Assembly: GCA_964016885.1 (NCBI GenBank)
Contig: CAXHJY010001713.1
Coordinates: 1-64,000 of the forward strand
Direction of reading: 5' to 3'
Origin: Eledone cirrhosa
Lineage: Eukaryota
Length of the DNA: 64,000 bases
This document shows positions 32,015-45,619 of the stretch, piece after piece. The position numbers were made by a program, and so were the translations under genes. The notes beneath the pieces were generated by a model, which was given only the letters and a program-made list of their open reading frames with translations, was not told where the DNA came from and made no database searches. The stretch's first letter is position 1. Every line of letters begins with the position of its first letter.

Positions 32015-32180
32015 TAATGGTTTCTGATTTAGGCACAAGGTCAACAATTTTGGGGAAGGGGAAGGTAAATTAAATCGACCTCAGTGCATTACTGGTACTT
32101 TATTTTATCGACCCCGTAAGGATGAAAGGCAAAGCTAACCTCGGCAGGATTTGAACTCAGATCGTAAAGGGCCGTAACTT
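32015..32180 (-). mobile_element. S1 SINE, 5'-truncated, long-3' variant
   Basis: gtactttattttatcgaccccgtaaggatgaaaggcaaag...gatttgaactcag. Confidence 0.85.
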
Positions 32181-32459
32181 TATTTGTTAGCGCCAGAAAA
32201 CATCTCTTTCTTCAGTTGATGAAGAGTTCATGAAATAGCTTTTTCTGAAGAAGAAAATGAATAAGTTAATTCACTTCTGAAGAGTTTAAACGTACTATAT
32301 ACGCCAATGCTGACAATGGCTAGAGTTCAAGGGATGCTGCTGTTTAGATTATTTATTTATCAGTGTTTTTAAGGTAGCTGAGAGTATTTGATACTTCTTA
32401 TTTGTGGTAATCTTCATGATGGAATTAACTGATGATAATTTCTGAAATGATGCAGAAGT

Positions 32460-33425
32460 ACCCAATGATGAAGAATCCACACAATTTTGGTCAAATCCAT
32501 GAGGAATTGCCAAAGAGTATAATAAAGATGTGAGATGGATAAATGAAGCTGAGTATAAGTTATGTAATGAACCAAAACAGAGATGAGAAAGAATTTCAAA
32601 GGAAGATGTTCAAGATCAAGGTAGGAAAATGCCAAACTGGAAATCTCCTGGACTGGATGGGATCCAAGAATTCTGGTTGAAAGGATTTAAAAGTGTTAAT
32701 TCAAAACCAGGGAAGCACCTACATGATTGTGTAATATAAGGAGAAGTTCCAAGTAGGATGGTTAAATTAAAGCCAACTTCGATAGTGAAGGATAAAAGGA
32801 AAGGTCTGTTAGTTGGAAATTACAGGCTGATTGCTTGCTTGAATTTGCTTTGGAAACCGTTGACTGGCATCTTTGCTGCCAAATTTTATGATCACTTGCT
32901 TCAGAATGAAATGCTACCTGTCGAGTAGAAGGGTGTATGAAAAATTTTCAGGGAACCAAAGACCGTCTTGTATTGACAAAGCGATCATGAATAACTACAA
33001 AAGACGTCTAAAGAATTTATGCATAGCTTGGATAGACTTTAAGAAAGTCTTTGTCATGGTCTCACATTCAGGGGTACTGAAATCTTTGAGAATGTTCGGG
33101 GAAAGCATACTGTATTGATGTAATGGAGTTTAACATGCTTATTGGTATATATACAAGAAATATAGGTTTGCAACCACTGAGAAATGGTATCAAAAGTATC
33201 AACAGAAATCAGAGAATGTCCCAGAAAATCAGAATGTGAAACTATTGTGGGACATTACAATCCAGACAGACAGAGTTCTTGAGAATACATGACCAGACAT
33301 AAGTTTGATGGAAAAAGATACTGAAAGGAAGTGTTTGTTGATCGATATAGCTTGCCCAGAAGAGCCTTACATCAATGGTAAAGAAAACGAAAAATATGTA
33401 AAGAATCCAGACTTGAGAATATTTT
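32460..33425 (+). pseudogene. Decayed R4/NeSL-type non-LTR retrotransposon (RT N-part joined to restriction-like endonuclease)
   Basis: PNWKSPGLDGIQEFWLK, NYRLIACLNLLWK, IDKAIM..NLCIAWIDFKKVF; then VKLLWDITIQTDR...PDI...CLLIDIACP...KENEK (PD-D/ExK-like); contains stops and frameshifts. Confidence 0.85.
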
Positions 33426-33895
33426 ACAAAAATCAGAGATTAAAAAAAAGAAAACGCATAGGAGTATATGCATACTTTTAAAGATGGCTTACTACCACGT
33501 GTGTTAAATCAAGAGTCTGTAAGCCTGTTTAGCCTGTGCATGTGACCACTACTAAATAACTGTTGAGCAAAATGTTGGACTCTATAAGTGTTCAAATTTC
33601 GATATTTGAAATTCTCTTTTCATTTACAATATCGAAACGCCCCCATTATAGTAATTTAAGAAATGAAGAAAACGAAAGCAACATTTTCATGTACTGGAGA
33701 AAGAATATTTTTTTAAAGAACTCTTAAACCAGTTTGACTTGTTGAACTGGAGGATGGGTTATTACAAGAGAAATATTTCCTATTGCTTTCTTCAGGACAA
33801 CAGGATGTGTTCAAATTCAGTTTTGCAAGCAAACGAAAAAATGAAATACTTATACAACTATAAGGATCGACTTCGAATCAATAAAATGGACAGAA

Positions 33896-34138
33896 ACTAT
33901 TTTACCTGACTTTCGACTCAATATACTTTCCTATATCATAGAAACTCCGAGTTGTCCTATTTTACCTGATTGCGACTTAAATATACTTTCCTAGATCGTA
34001 GGAACTCCGAAATGTCCTATTTTACCTGATACTGACTTACATATACTTTCTTAGATGGTAGGAATTCTGAGTTATCCTATTTTACCTTATACTGACTTAA
34101 ATATACGTTCCTAGATAGTAGGAACTCCAAGTTATCTA
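33896..34138. repeat. 60-bp minisatellite, 4 diverged copies
   Basis: ctattttacct recurs every 60 bp. Confidence 0.9.
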
Positions 34139-34537
34139 ACACTTCTGCGTGTTGACTATATACATATATAATTGAAGACTATATACATATATAATTGTAA
34201 ACTACGATATTTTATGAGAAATGAAAACTTTAAATAATTTCTATAAAAACCTTCGATTTCCTCAGATGATTCCATAATATTCATTTTTATTTGTCTGTTA
34301 TTGTTGTTATATTATTATTCTAGTTCCATTAGCATACTACTGAACTTAGTAGAAGGTCGAAGATGACACTGATTTCAATAGTTTGATAAAAACAGTAAAA
34401 AAAACAAACAAAATATTTTGTGGTGACAATTGTATGTAGTTTGGCATTGATAAATGTACAAATGCAGTTTTGGAAGAAAGGAAGGAAGGCAGGAAGAAAG
34501 AACCAGCTATCAACTCACACACTATAGAATTAACAAC

Positions 34538-34715
34538 GAGAGAGGGAGAGAAGGGGGAGAACGAGAGAGAGAGAAAGAGAAAGCAAGAGAGAGAGAACAA
34601 GAGAGAGCAAGCAAGAGAGAGAAAGAAAGGAGAGAGAGAGAGAGGGAGAGAGAGCGAGAGAGAGAGGGAGAGAGAGCGAGAGAGCGAGAGAGCGAGAGAG
34701 AGAGAGAGAGAGACA
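34538..34715. repeat. (GA)n-rich repeat
   Basis: Direct inspection. Confidence 0.9.
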
Positions 34716-35339
34716 GCAATAAAAGATCAAACATATTTTGATTTTGTCATCAATAATTAAAAGGAATCTCACCAGGAAAATGACAAGGAGATTCTATAAA
34801 ACGAGAAGGATAAATTATAAAATCTAATTCAAGATTCATATTTTTTCTGAAGCCATAAAAACACTACAGTTTTAATTTTATATAATTTATCTGACCAGAT
34901 TAATTTACTATTAGTAATACTATCACACCATTGAATACTTGGTCTTTGGATTCATCCATGCCTTATTCCACTAAATGTCTTGTCATTGTCTTCTAGTGTG
35001 CAGGTTTAGCTGGCCTCCTACAAGGAGGTGTCTTGGGTGATTAAATGATATGGACCCCAGTCCTATAATCTCATTTCTACAGCTGAGTAAACTAGAAACT
35101 TGTTTAATTTCATTTAGGTCTCGAAGGGAAGAAACAGAATTGGTTTTTGTTTGGTTTTGAAACATTACAAGTAAAAGAAGATATAATGAAATTCTGTAGC
35201 AGAATCTGATTATAATATCCAAAGTAAGTTGTTAAGATTCAATAGAATTAAGCTTCATGAAGCGAATAACTATAGTTGGATATTGTAGTTATATGAACGA
35301 ACTAATACAATGAATGAAGTATTATAGTACATGAGAGAG

Positions 35340-35622
35340 AGATATGCCGGCCTCCCATGTACATCAGTCATTGTACGTAAAAGGAGAGTAAGATTTGCTG
35401 GCCACTGCCATCGTGCCACCTACGAGGCTGTGTCCTCATTAGTACTTTGAAACGACAAGCAGTCACTAATAACAGGGGGCGCAAGCTCTCCTACCCCGAT
35501 GTCATATCCAGAGATTCTGGTATTGAAATCCAAGACTTGGCAACGGCAATGAACGACATACCCACGTGGAGATCAATTGTTGAGTCCATTTCGGCTGTGG
35601 CTGCCGTATGATGATGATGATA
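35340..35622 (+). pseudogene. 3' end of an RTE/RTEX-like LINE with a (GAT)n tail
   Basis: VRKRRVRFAGHCHR..E.VSSLVL, RGRKLSYPDVISRDSG...LATAMND...WRSIV, stop, then gatgatgat. Confidence 0.75.
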
Positions 35623-35679
35623 TGACTAAAGGAAAGTTGTGCTTAATATTTATTTCAGCAATTGAAAGGGAAAGCCGAC

Positions 35680-35754
35680 AAAACGCCCCCAGTGCATTAC
35701 TGGTACTTTATTTTATCGACCCCGTAAGGATGAAAGGCAAAGTTAACCTCGGCG
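35680..35754 (-). mobile_element. S1 SINE fragment
   Basis: Nin-like domain only. Confidence 0.8.
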
Positions 35755-36400
35755 TGGAAACACAATAAGGAATTCACAGTTTTTCGAATATCTCCGAAAA
35801 ACAATATGATTTTCAAATCCAGGCTCACTAAAATACCAAGTGTCATAATTCATGTTAGCAATAGTTTTTTAGTCTTCTCTTTGAACTCTTCATATAGCCT
35901 TAGTCAATGTAGCAGACCAACATGGTGGATTACATAGAAAGGGGTAATGGGGTAATAGCAAAGTTATCCTTACCAACTCTTTGTTGGTAACCAAAAACTA
36001 AAAGGAAATAATGTTATTTTGGGTCTCATTAATATTGCAAAAGAATTTAATGAGAACATTAAAATATAATATGGCCTGGAAAGATATTGAGAATATAACA
36101 AGGCTGACTAACAAGTTAGTTAATTTGTAACGCCTGGTAAGGGAAATAATACATGTGCAGGATAAATGATTTTTGTGGGTTGTTAGGCGTGGATGAAAGC
36201 AAAGTTCTATTATGCGAAAGATGAGAGAATGAGTATTTTGAATGAGTATTTTGAATGAATTGAAACTATTTCAAAGAATCGTGAATAACAAGAATATTGT
36301 CATTGTCACTAACGTATTTTAAATACCAAACATATCATGTGACCTTTGACTGGAACGGTATAGCATTAAATACAAAAAAAGAAGTTACACAGGATATTTA

Positions 36401-36452
<52 letters not shown>

Positions 36453-36619
36453 GAATATATATATATTTGGTGGTAGCACTAAGGCAGTGTTTAATCATAA
36501 TAGAGGTGTATATGTAAACATATATACTACGTCTATATATATATACAATAAACATATAGGTAGTCTCACTACCGAAGAAAAGATACTTTTTCATAACGAA
36601 AGGAAATGAGAAAACAAAA

Positions 36620-36662
<43 letters not shown>

Positions 36663-36665
<3 letters not shown>

Positions 36666-37117
36666 TAAGTTCCCAACTTACGAACGAGTTCGTTAGTTGA
36701 TTTGTTCGTAAGTTGATCGTCTAACACAGTACCTACCAGAATCAATGTTACATTGATTCTGCAGGCTTCCATATGAGGTATATATAACCAGTATATAGAG
36801 GTATATATAACATGTAATAAGAAATTTAATTGCTGTAAATCTTTCGACAATAAATTATTAAAGAAAAAAATGTACTTTTTCAAATCTGCGAAAACAGAAT
36901 GACCCCCCCCCCCCCCCCCCCCCCATACTGTAGGAACGATTTCCGCTTTTTTTTTAATTTTTTTTTTTTTGCTGCAAAAGAAGGAGCATAGGGCCCGAAA
37001 GAGCCCAGAAAAAAGCAAATTTCAAACACAGACATCATTTTTTTCTTTTTTTCGTGAGACTGTTCGTATTTGCGTCGTAAGTTCGGAAGTTGGATGTTCG
37101 TAAGGCGGGACTTACTG
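36663..37117. mobile_element. pogo/Tigger-like (Tc1-mariner) MITE inserted in (TA)n
   Basis: TA-cagtaagttcccaacttacgaac ... gttcgtaaggcgggacttactg-TA; sub-terminal ttcgtaag repeats. Confidence 0.75.
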
Positions 37118-37164
<47 letters not shown>

Positions 37165-37217
37165 GAGTAAAATGACCGGAGACAAACTAGTGAAATTACT
37201 TCAAAGATTTATTATAG

Positions 37218-37281
37218 TAAACACTATGTACAGTTCAGTGACCAAGTTCCGTAAGATCCTGGTGACATCATCAGGTGTTTA
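37218..37281 (-). ncRNA. Type I hammerhead motif (family E-like) with GAAC instead of GAAA
   Basis: Minus strand TAAACAC-CTGATGA-T-GTCACCAGG(atcttacggaa)CTTGGTCAC-T-GAAC-TGTACA-TA-GTGTTTA; 7-bp stem I, palindromic TGTACA. Confidence 0.7.
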
Positions 37282-37650
37282 TTGCATAAAAAGTTATATA
37301 TGCGCATATATATGGGTGGGGGGTAACAAATAGCAAAATTGTCTTAACCTGAATGCAAATACATTCAGATTAAAAAGGAGCCAACCACGAACCAACGCCA
37401 ATATGAACTATCTTAAAATGTGAAATACATATTTGACACAACATGTCTGGAAAATAAAGAAAAAGAAACCAGGTTACTCACGGCTCTGATGCTCTCAAGT
37501 ATAATCCTTTTTATTTTATTTAGTTATTTTTTTTATATTGAAAAGTTCATGGATGTTTGTATATTCAAATGCAATGTGGAATGAAGAATCTGGATTTTAT
37601 CCTCCTCAATTGTAATTGACCTGTGGATAAATAACTACAGTCAAAATAAT

Positions 37651-38072
37651 TGTTTCTACTTTTGGCACAAGGCCAGCAATTACCCAGTGTATTACTGGTA
37701 CTTTATTTTATCGACCCCGTAAGGATGAAAGGCAAAGTCAACCTCGGCGGGATTTGAACTCAGAATGGCAAGGGCCGTAACTCTATGCGTCAAAGCATGG
37801 CGTCCGACCCTCTACCGATACTGCCAACCCACTGCCAATCCACTACAGTCAAAATAATGGTTTCTTATATAGGCACAAGGCCATTAATTTTTGGAGAAGA
37901 GAAAGTCAATTAAATCGGCCCTAGTGCGTGACTGGTACTTTATTTTATCGACCCCGTAAGGATGAAAGGCAAAGTTAACCTCGGCGGGATTTGAACTCAG
38001 ATCATAAAGGGCCGTAATTCTATGCTGCAAAGCATGGCTTCCAACCCTCTACCGATACTGCCAATGCACCGC
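37651..38072 (-). mobile_element. Two nested/tandem S1 SINEs
   Basis: 37651-37841 is flanked by the 17-bp TSD actacagtcaaaataat (37634-37650, 37842-37858) at the tail of a second copy, ~37853-38072. Confidence 0.9.
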
Positions 38073-38301
38073 CCTGACTATAATAAAAACAATAGCAGCA
38101 ACAACAGACTTAATTCAATACAGTAATCTTTCAGCATCAGGTATAGCAATGCAGAAGTTAGCTAATGAATTGAGATAAACATGGAATATAAGAATTATGC
38201 CAATCATTCTTTTTGGAATAACTACAAGAGACCTGCAGAAATTCCATATCATATAAACGTTCTTATTTCTATTTTACTGCATACATTTGTAGATTATTAT
38301 A

Positions 38302-38495
38302 TGTGGATTGGCAGTATCGGTAGAGGGTCTGATGCCATGCTTTGCAGCGAAGAGTTATGGCTCTTTACAGACTGAGTTCAAATCCCGCCGAAGTTAACTT
38401 TGCCTTTCATCCTTAAGGGGGTCGATAAAATGAAGTACCAGTAATACACTGGAATAATTGCTGGCCTTGTGCCAAAAGTAGAAACAATTATTATA
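38302..38495 (+). mobile_element. S1 SINE
   Basis: Near full-length match to 20809-21003. Confidence 0.9.
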
Positions 38496-39934
38496 TATTG
38501 TTTTATATTAAAGTTTACGATCATGTCTTCGATTTCGTTTGTGTTGAACACGTAATACTCGAAAGCGAAACATTATGTCCAAAACGTTGAATATATTTTC
38601 GCCTTTATTACACAGTTAAGGTTGTTAAAAGCGTAACACTCGAAAAATTATTGCAGCAAGTTGAATAATGTTACAAAGTCATCTAGATGGTCAATATTTA
38701 TCTTTATAGAAACCGCCAACTTATTTTTTAGAATAAGCATTGGCACATTATAAACAAAATAACAAGATTATTACATTCTATTAAAGAATGTTCTATGTTT
38801 GGGTATTTGTAATGGAAACTTTAGATAACAGAAATTTCTAATGAAGTGTAATGATTCATAGACAACAACTACGATTCGTCAGTGAAAATACCAAAATATG
38901 TGAAATATTCTCGCAACTGAAATTTAATTCCATGCTAATCATTATCTAGATTTCCCTCCCTGTTCATCAGTAATTTAGTAGTCACGGCTTTCATTAACGA
39001 TACACGCTATTTTCGTCCAAAATAAATCAGAAATATATTTTTCAGTGAACACACGTGTATTCATGTATAGTTTCAGCCGCCATTCATGGAATCTCTATCT
39101 GGTCACTGAAGCTATTTGAAATATTAGCCATATTTCTTTCAAATTTAACCCTAACGTCTTATAAAGTAAATCAAGGACGCATTGTTTATTGAGGTTCAAC
39201 ATGCACTGTACCTGAGAAACATACAGAATCGCCCTGACTGGAATATGCTTTATGATAATATTTGTTGGAACAGGGTTGTCCCAGGGCTAAACAAGGCAAT
39301 AACAACGCATACACTCAGATTTTAAACTATTATAGGATTGTAATTAAGTTAAGAAAAAAAATCATATTTTAATCTTAAAAAATAAATATAGGCATTTCTC
39401 TAAAACGAATAAGGGCTTAACTTCTGTCAAACCCGATTACATTAACTAATCTATGAGTGAAAAGCATAAAAAAGGTTCTTGAACAGTGAAAAGAAAATTA
39501 ACCTAGAAACACTTTGAATAAAATGTTTTTGCAAATTTAGTTACAAACGGGAAAATAGAAATAAATAGGGCCACTCAACAGTTTAACATGTTGCTTGCTA
39601 TATCTAATTTTCTTACCGAAATGTTTAACGACCAAACACTTCTTAATAGCTAAAAGTGATTCTGATTCTTTACTGTATATATTTGAAGTATAAAAGAATA
39701 GAAAAACGCACATTGATATGAATAAACAGGTCTGTCATTTGAAACCGTAAATAAGTGAACTGTGACTGAGGAGTTAAAGTTGCCTTCAGCGATGATAGAA
39801 TGACAACATCTTATAAGAAAGGAGTAGATACGAGACAAAAGAGTACGGACAGTAAACAGAAACGAAGAAATAACAAACGTATCCGAACAGTGAGGTGGGA
39901 AAAGAGAGGGGAACGACACATACGATTGAAATCG

Positions 39935-39995
<61 letters not shown>

Positions 39996-40045
39996 ATATA
40001 GATAGAGAGAGAGAGAGAGAGAGAGATAGGGTGTGTGATTCAGTG

Positions 40046-40088
<43 letters not shown>

Positions 40089-41141
40089 ACCACACACGTG
40101 TGTGTATGTCTATGTCCAAATAATGTAAGTATATAAGAAAACAACAAATATAAAAAGCTTAAGGGAAGAATAGGCATCTAGATATATAAGTATTGGTAAG
40201 TATTTGGGAAGACTTGTTTGGGTTGAGAGAGAGAAACGATTAAAAAGGAAATGAAAAGATTGATTTGACATAATTCTCATGGGAATTATACTGGAGCAGA
40301 TGGTACTCCTGTTCATTGAAACATGAAGACATTCGACTATCTACTATAACCAACTTTTGCCTCTATTCCTCCGTCTCTTTAAAGATGTAGTTACTTCCAA
40401 TCATAGTCTCGCGAGATGATAAACTCATACACAAATATGTCAAAAGTAAACCACCCCGATCCATACGGCCCTTAGGAGTCAGCACCATTTGCCACCAAAG
40501 AATTGCGATTATCTCCCCTGAGTGACGAAATTACGGAAGTGGTCGCAAAAGCAGGTGATACGTCAATGTTCGCCACCTTTTCTAAGAAGTCGGTATCCTA
40601 GTTTGTGCTGAGCAGGGTGGGGAGAAGAAAACACGGGTTCAAAAAATATCTACACACGATATTATAGTAACAAATGCCTCTGTGACTTTCTAAGTGTTTG
40701 AAAAGGTTAAACTAGCAACAAGTAAAACACAAAGATAACCAGAGACTACAAACACTGAAGGTTTCAAGTGAGAGTATTCTTCTTTCACAAACTTTTAGAA
40801 GGAGTGCCACTTCCAGCGCATCTCCCTTACCATCCTCCGGAGAAACGCCTTCTCCATTCTGTTAGCTGGGGCTGTGGGGAGGCCAGCACGTGGAACCCCA
40901 TTTGCACACCATACAGAGAGATGGGGGAGGGCGAGAGAGATGGAGGCGATGACAGTGGGAGTTCGGCTCTTCTACGTTCGGACCATATCCTTGTGGATGT
41001 GTTTAGAAGTAATTCTATACTAAGAACGTGTGTTAATGCTGCTACTACCACTTCTTGTCCAATACATACATATAGACATATATAGCTCCTGTATTATAAT
41101 GTCAGCTTTTAAATATACACGCGAACACACACATACACAGA

Positions 41142-41193
<52 letters not shown>

Positions 41194-41519
41194 GACACGT
41201 GTGATGAATGGCCTTCAGGAACGAATTAACTTCGTGACTCAATGTTCCACTGTATTTGCTTTTAGAGAGAATATATCTGGTACGAAATCATTTAATATAT
41301 TTTTTCTTAGTCAAAGTGGTTCTTTTATGTCTCCAGAACACGTTGAAAAAATGAAGAAGTTATCCTCAGACCGGGGACCAACAATATATTATTAAGGGAG
41401 ATTTTCCTACTACTTCTTGAACCATGAGCGATCACTTAGAGACCCCCCTCATCGACTGGTGGGTTTCCTAAACTGTTTATCACGTTTGGGAAAGTGTGTG
41501 TTTGAGCTGAAGATAACAG

Positions 41520-41750
41520 TTTCATGCCATTCTTCCGTAATTTATGTTTCGGAAGATTACTTTCAAAGGTGTATTATGATACAACATTTGAAAGTTTTTA
41601 GATGAGTGGTTGAATTTTTCAGTGAAGTGCATAAGTAGCCAAATGTGAGATTTACTATTGAAAGGGAAGAAGTGGTTGTAGAAAAGACTGTATCTACTAA
41701 ATGGAAGTTTGATTTATAGTCATAGCTATCTTATTTTAATTGGATACTTA
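41520..41750 (+). pseudogene. Possible decayed Penelope-like reverse transcriptase fragment
   Basis: EFFSEVHK*PNVRFTIEREE-VVVEK from 41612 resembles the PLE RT motif F..LN..HP.I.FT.E.E...LDV.V.K; SYFNW downstream. Confidence 0.35.
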
Positions 41751-42089
41751 ATCCGCTTGAAAATGACATCAATTCCACCAATCACAAGGACTGATATAAA
41801 TCTAAAGCTCCCTACAAATTGAATATTTACATATACATAGTGCCTATGTGATAATTGGGTTCAACAGGTACAACAGTCCGGGACCTTGAGACTCAAAGAA
41901 GAGTTCGTGAAGACCTAATGCCCTCTTCTCACAAAATGCCATTCACCCACTTGAATTTTGAAAGGAAGTCTTCTCACGAAACCCTAAAACAATATCGCCC
42001 CTCTTTGCAAAATTTTCTCGGTGATACTGCATATACAAACAGATTCTCGAATACACATCTATATATATATATATACACACACACACATG

Positions 42090-42147
42090 TTCGGATTTAG
42101 CTGTCAAAACGGCCGGAGCTCAGCCGTCGGGGTCCTGACTCTTTTGC
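42090..42147 (+). mobile_element. Degenerate family C fragment
   Basis: ttagctgtcaaaacggccggagctcagccgtcggggtc, between microsatellites. Confidence 0.65.
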
Positions 42148-42179
<32 letters not shown>

Positions 42180-42223
42180 TTTTGCAAAGAGGGGCGAAAC
42201 ATAAATTACGGACGAATAGTATT

Positions 42224-42332
42224 AAACTCCCGCCGAGGGATTTTCATCCTTATGGGGTCGATAAAATAAAATAAAGTAGCAGTAATGCACTGGAATAATT
42301 GCTGGCCTTGTGCCCAAAGTAGAAACCCTTAT
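42224..42332 (+). mobile_element. S1 SINE 3' fragment
   Basis: cccgccgagg...tttcatccttatggggtcgataaaata...gtagaaac. Confidence 0.8.
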
Positions 42333-42398
42333 TTTGACATATATTAGTTACGACGCGTTACATTCAGAGTTCAAGTATCGGTGAAGTCATGTCCTCTT

Positions 42399-44523
42399 CA
42401 GTCTCTTGCCTGGGACTCTCCCTATTGTCGGCCACTTCATTACTACAGTCTCTTGCCTGGGACTCTTCCTATTGTCGGCCACTTCATTACTACAGTCTCT
42501 TGCCTGGGACTCTCCCTATTGTCGGCCACTTCATTACTACAGTCTCTTGCCTGGGACTCTCCCTATTGTAGGCCACTTCATTACTTCAGTCTCTTGCCTG
42601 GGACTCTCCCTATTGTAGGCCACTTCATTACTACAGTCTCTTGCCTGGTACTCTCCCTATTGTAGGTCACTTCATTACTACAGTCTCTTGCCTGGTACTC
42701 TCCCTATTGTAGGCCACTTCATTACTACAGTCTCTTGCCTGGGACTCTCCCTATTGTAGGCCACTTCATTACTACAGTCTCTTGCCTGGTACTCTCCCTA
42801 TTGTAGGCCACTTCATTACTACAGTCTCTTGCCTGGGACTCTCCCTATTGTAGGCCACTTCATTACTACAGTCTCTTGCCTGGGACTCTCCCTATTGTAG
42901 GTCACTTCATTACTACAGTCTCTTGCCTGGGACTCTCCCTATTGTCGGCCACTTCATTACTACAGTCTCTTGCCTGGGACTCTCCCTATTGTCAGCCACT
43001 TCATTATTACAGTCTCTTGCCTGGGACTCTCCCTATTGTAGGCCACTACATTACTACAGTCTCTTGCCTGGGACTCTCCCTATTGTCGGCCACTTCACTA
43101 CTACAGTCTCTTGCCTGGGACTCTCCCTATTGTCGGCCACTTCATTACTACAGTCTCTTGCCTGGGACTCTCCCTATTGTCGGCCACTTCATTACTACAG
43201 TCTCTTGCCTGGGACTCTCCCTATTGTCGGCCACTTCATTACTACAGTCTCTTGCCTGGGACTCTCCCTATTGTCAGCCACTTCATTACTACAGTCTCTT
43301 GCCTGGGACTCTCCCTATTGTCAGCCACTTCATTACTACAGTCTCTTGCCTGGGACTCTCCCTATTGTCAGCCACTTCATTACTACAGTCTCTTGCCTGG
43401 GACTCTCCCTATTGTCAGCCACTTCATTACTACAGTCTCTTGCCTGGGACTCTCCCTATTGTAGGCCACTTCATTACTACAATCTCTTGCCTGGGACTCT
43501 CCCTATTGTAGGCCACTTCATTACTACAGTCTCTTGCCTGGGACTCTCCCTATTGTCAGCCACTTCATTACTACAATCATTGCCTGGGACTCTCCCTATT
43601 GTCAGCCACTTCATTACTACAGTCTCTTACCTGGGACTCTCCCTATTGTCAGCCACTTTATTACTACAGTCTCTTGCCTGGGACTCTCCCTATTGTCAGC
43701 TACTTCATTACTACAATCTCTTGCCTGGGACTCTCCCTATTGTCAGCCACTTCATTACTACAGTCTCTTGCCTGGGACTCTCCCTATTGACGGCCACTTC
43801 ATTATTACAGTCTCTTGCCTGGGACTCTCCCTATTGTCAGCCACTTCATTACCACAGTCTCTTGCCTGGGACTCTCCCTATTGTCGGCCACTTCATTACT
43901 ACAGTCTCTTGCCTGGGACTCTCCCTATTGTCAGCCACTTCATTACTACAGTCTCTTGCCTGGGACTCTCCCTATTGTCAGCCACTTCATTACTACAGTC
44001 TCTTGCCTGGGACTCTCCCTATTGTCGGCCACTTCATTACTACAGTCTCTTGCCTGGGACTCTCCCTATTGTCGGCCACTTCATTACTACAGTCTCTTGC
44101 CTGGGACTCTCCCTATTGTCGGCCACTTCATTACTACAGTCTCTTGCCTGGGACTCTCCCTATTGTCGGCCACTTCATTACTACAGTCTCTTGCCTGGGA
44201 CTCTCCCTATTGTCGGCCACTTCATTACTACAGTCTCTTGCCTGGGACTCTCCCTATTGTCGGCCACTTCATTACTACAGTCTCTTGCCTGGGACTCTCC
44301 CTATTGTCAGCCACTTCATTACTACAGTCTCTTGCCTGGGACTCTCCCTATTGTCAGCCACTTCATTACTACAGTCTCTTGCCTGGGACTCTCCCTATTG
44401 TCAGCCACTTCATTACTACAGTCTCTTGCCTGGGACTCTCCCTATTGTCAGCCACTTCATTACTACAGTCTCTTGCCTGGGACTCTCCCTATTGTCAGCC
44501 ACTTCATTACTACAATCATTGCC
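42399..44523. repeat. 47-bp tandem satellite, about 45 copies
   Basis: Unit cagtctcttgcctgggactctccctattgtcggccacttcattacta, no spacers. Confidence 0.98.
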
Positions 44524-44699
44524 TTCTACCGAAATACGTGGCATTGTGCTATATTAGAAATTATTATTTCCTAGTTATGTTCTGATAGGGACCAGCTGTT
44601 ACACTGTTATATGTTCCCAGCATAAGGACGTCAGTGGGCGTCAACCATAAGGTAAACGAAGGGGGCCCAGGGCATGTTACTATGGAAATATTACTGTTA

Positions 44700-44781
44700 C
44701 ATGTATATATATATACACACACATACATAAATACATATATATATACGCACACACACACACACACATATATATGCACATATG

Positions 44782-44817
<36 letters not shown>

Positions 44818-45427
44818 TATATATACACATATATATGTATATATATACACACATATATATACATATGTATATATATACATATATACACATATGTATATAT
44901 ATGTATATATATACACACATATATATACATATGTATATATATACATATATACACATATGTATATATATACACACATATATATACATATGTATATATATAC
45001 ATATATACACATATGTATATATATACATATATATGTGTATATATGTATATATACATATATACACATATATATGTATATATATACATATACACATATATAT
45101 ATATGTATATATTTACACACATATGTATATATACACACACATATATATACATATGTATATATATACATATATACACATATATATGTATATATATATATAT
45201 ACATATATATGTATATATATACACACATATATATGTATTTATATATATATACATATATATGTATATATATACACATATATATATATACATATGTATATAT
45301 ATACACACAGACACACACATATATATATATATATACATAAACACACACACACACGTATGTATTTGCTTGGGTATATATGTATGTATATATGTATGTATAT
45401 ATGTATGTATGCATGTATGTATGTACA
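44700..45427. repeat. TA/CA compound array
   Basis: Direct inspection. Confidence 0.95.
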
Positions 45428-45619
45428 AAAATAGATTGCTAGATCGATAGTGAGATAACATTTATTAGATAATAAAAAAAAAAGCATCTTGATATCCACC
45501 ATCTGCTCCTCATCCACCACCAGAGACCCCTACCTTTCTCTTTATTTCCCAGTTATTGTGTCGTATTTAAAAATGCAAAATTATGTATGTTAATCCCTAG
45601 ATCAGCTGGGAGCAAATAA

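Noticed and set aside
38938-38975. Minus-strand CTGATGA...GAAA-TCTAGA-TA
   Set aside because: Stem II cannot pair and stem I is out of register
42399-44585. 47-bp array as a CRISPR array or repeat protein
   Set aside because: No unique spacers, no cas genes, eukaryotic context; the ORFs just cycle through the frames of the unit; no hammerhead core in the unit
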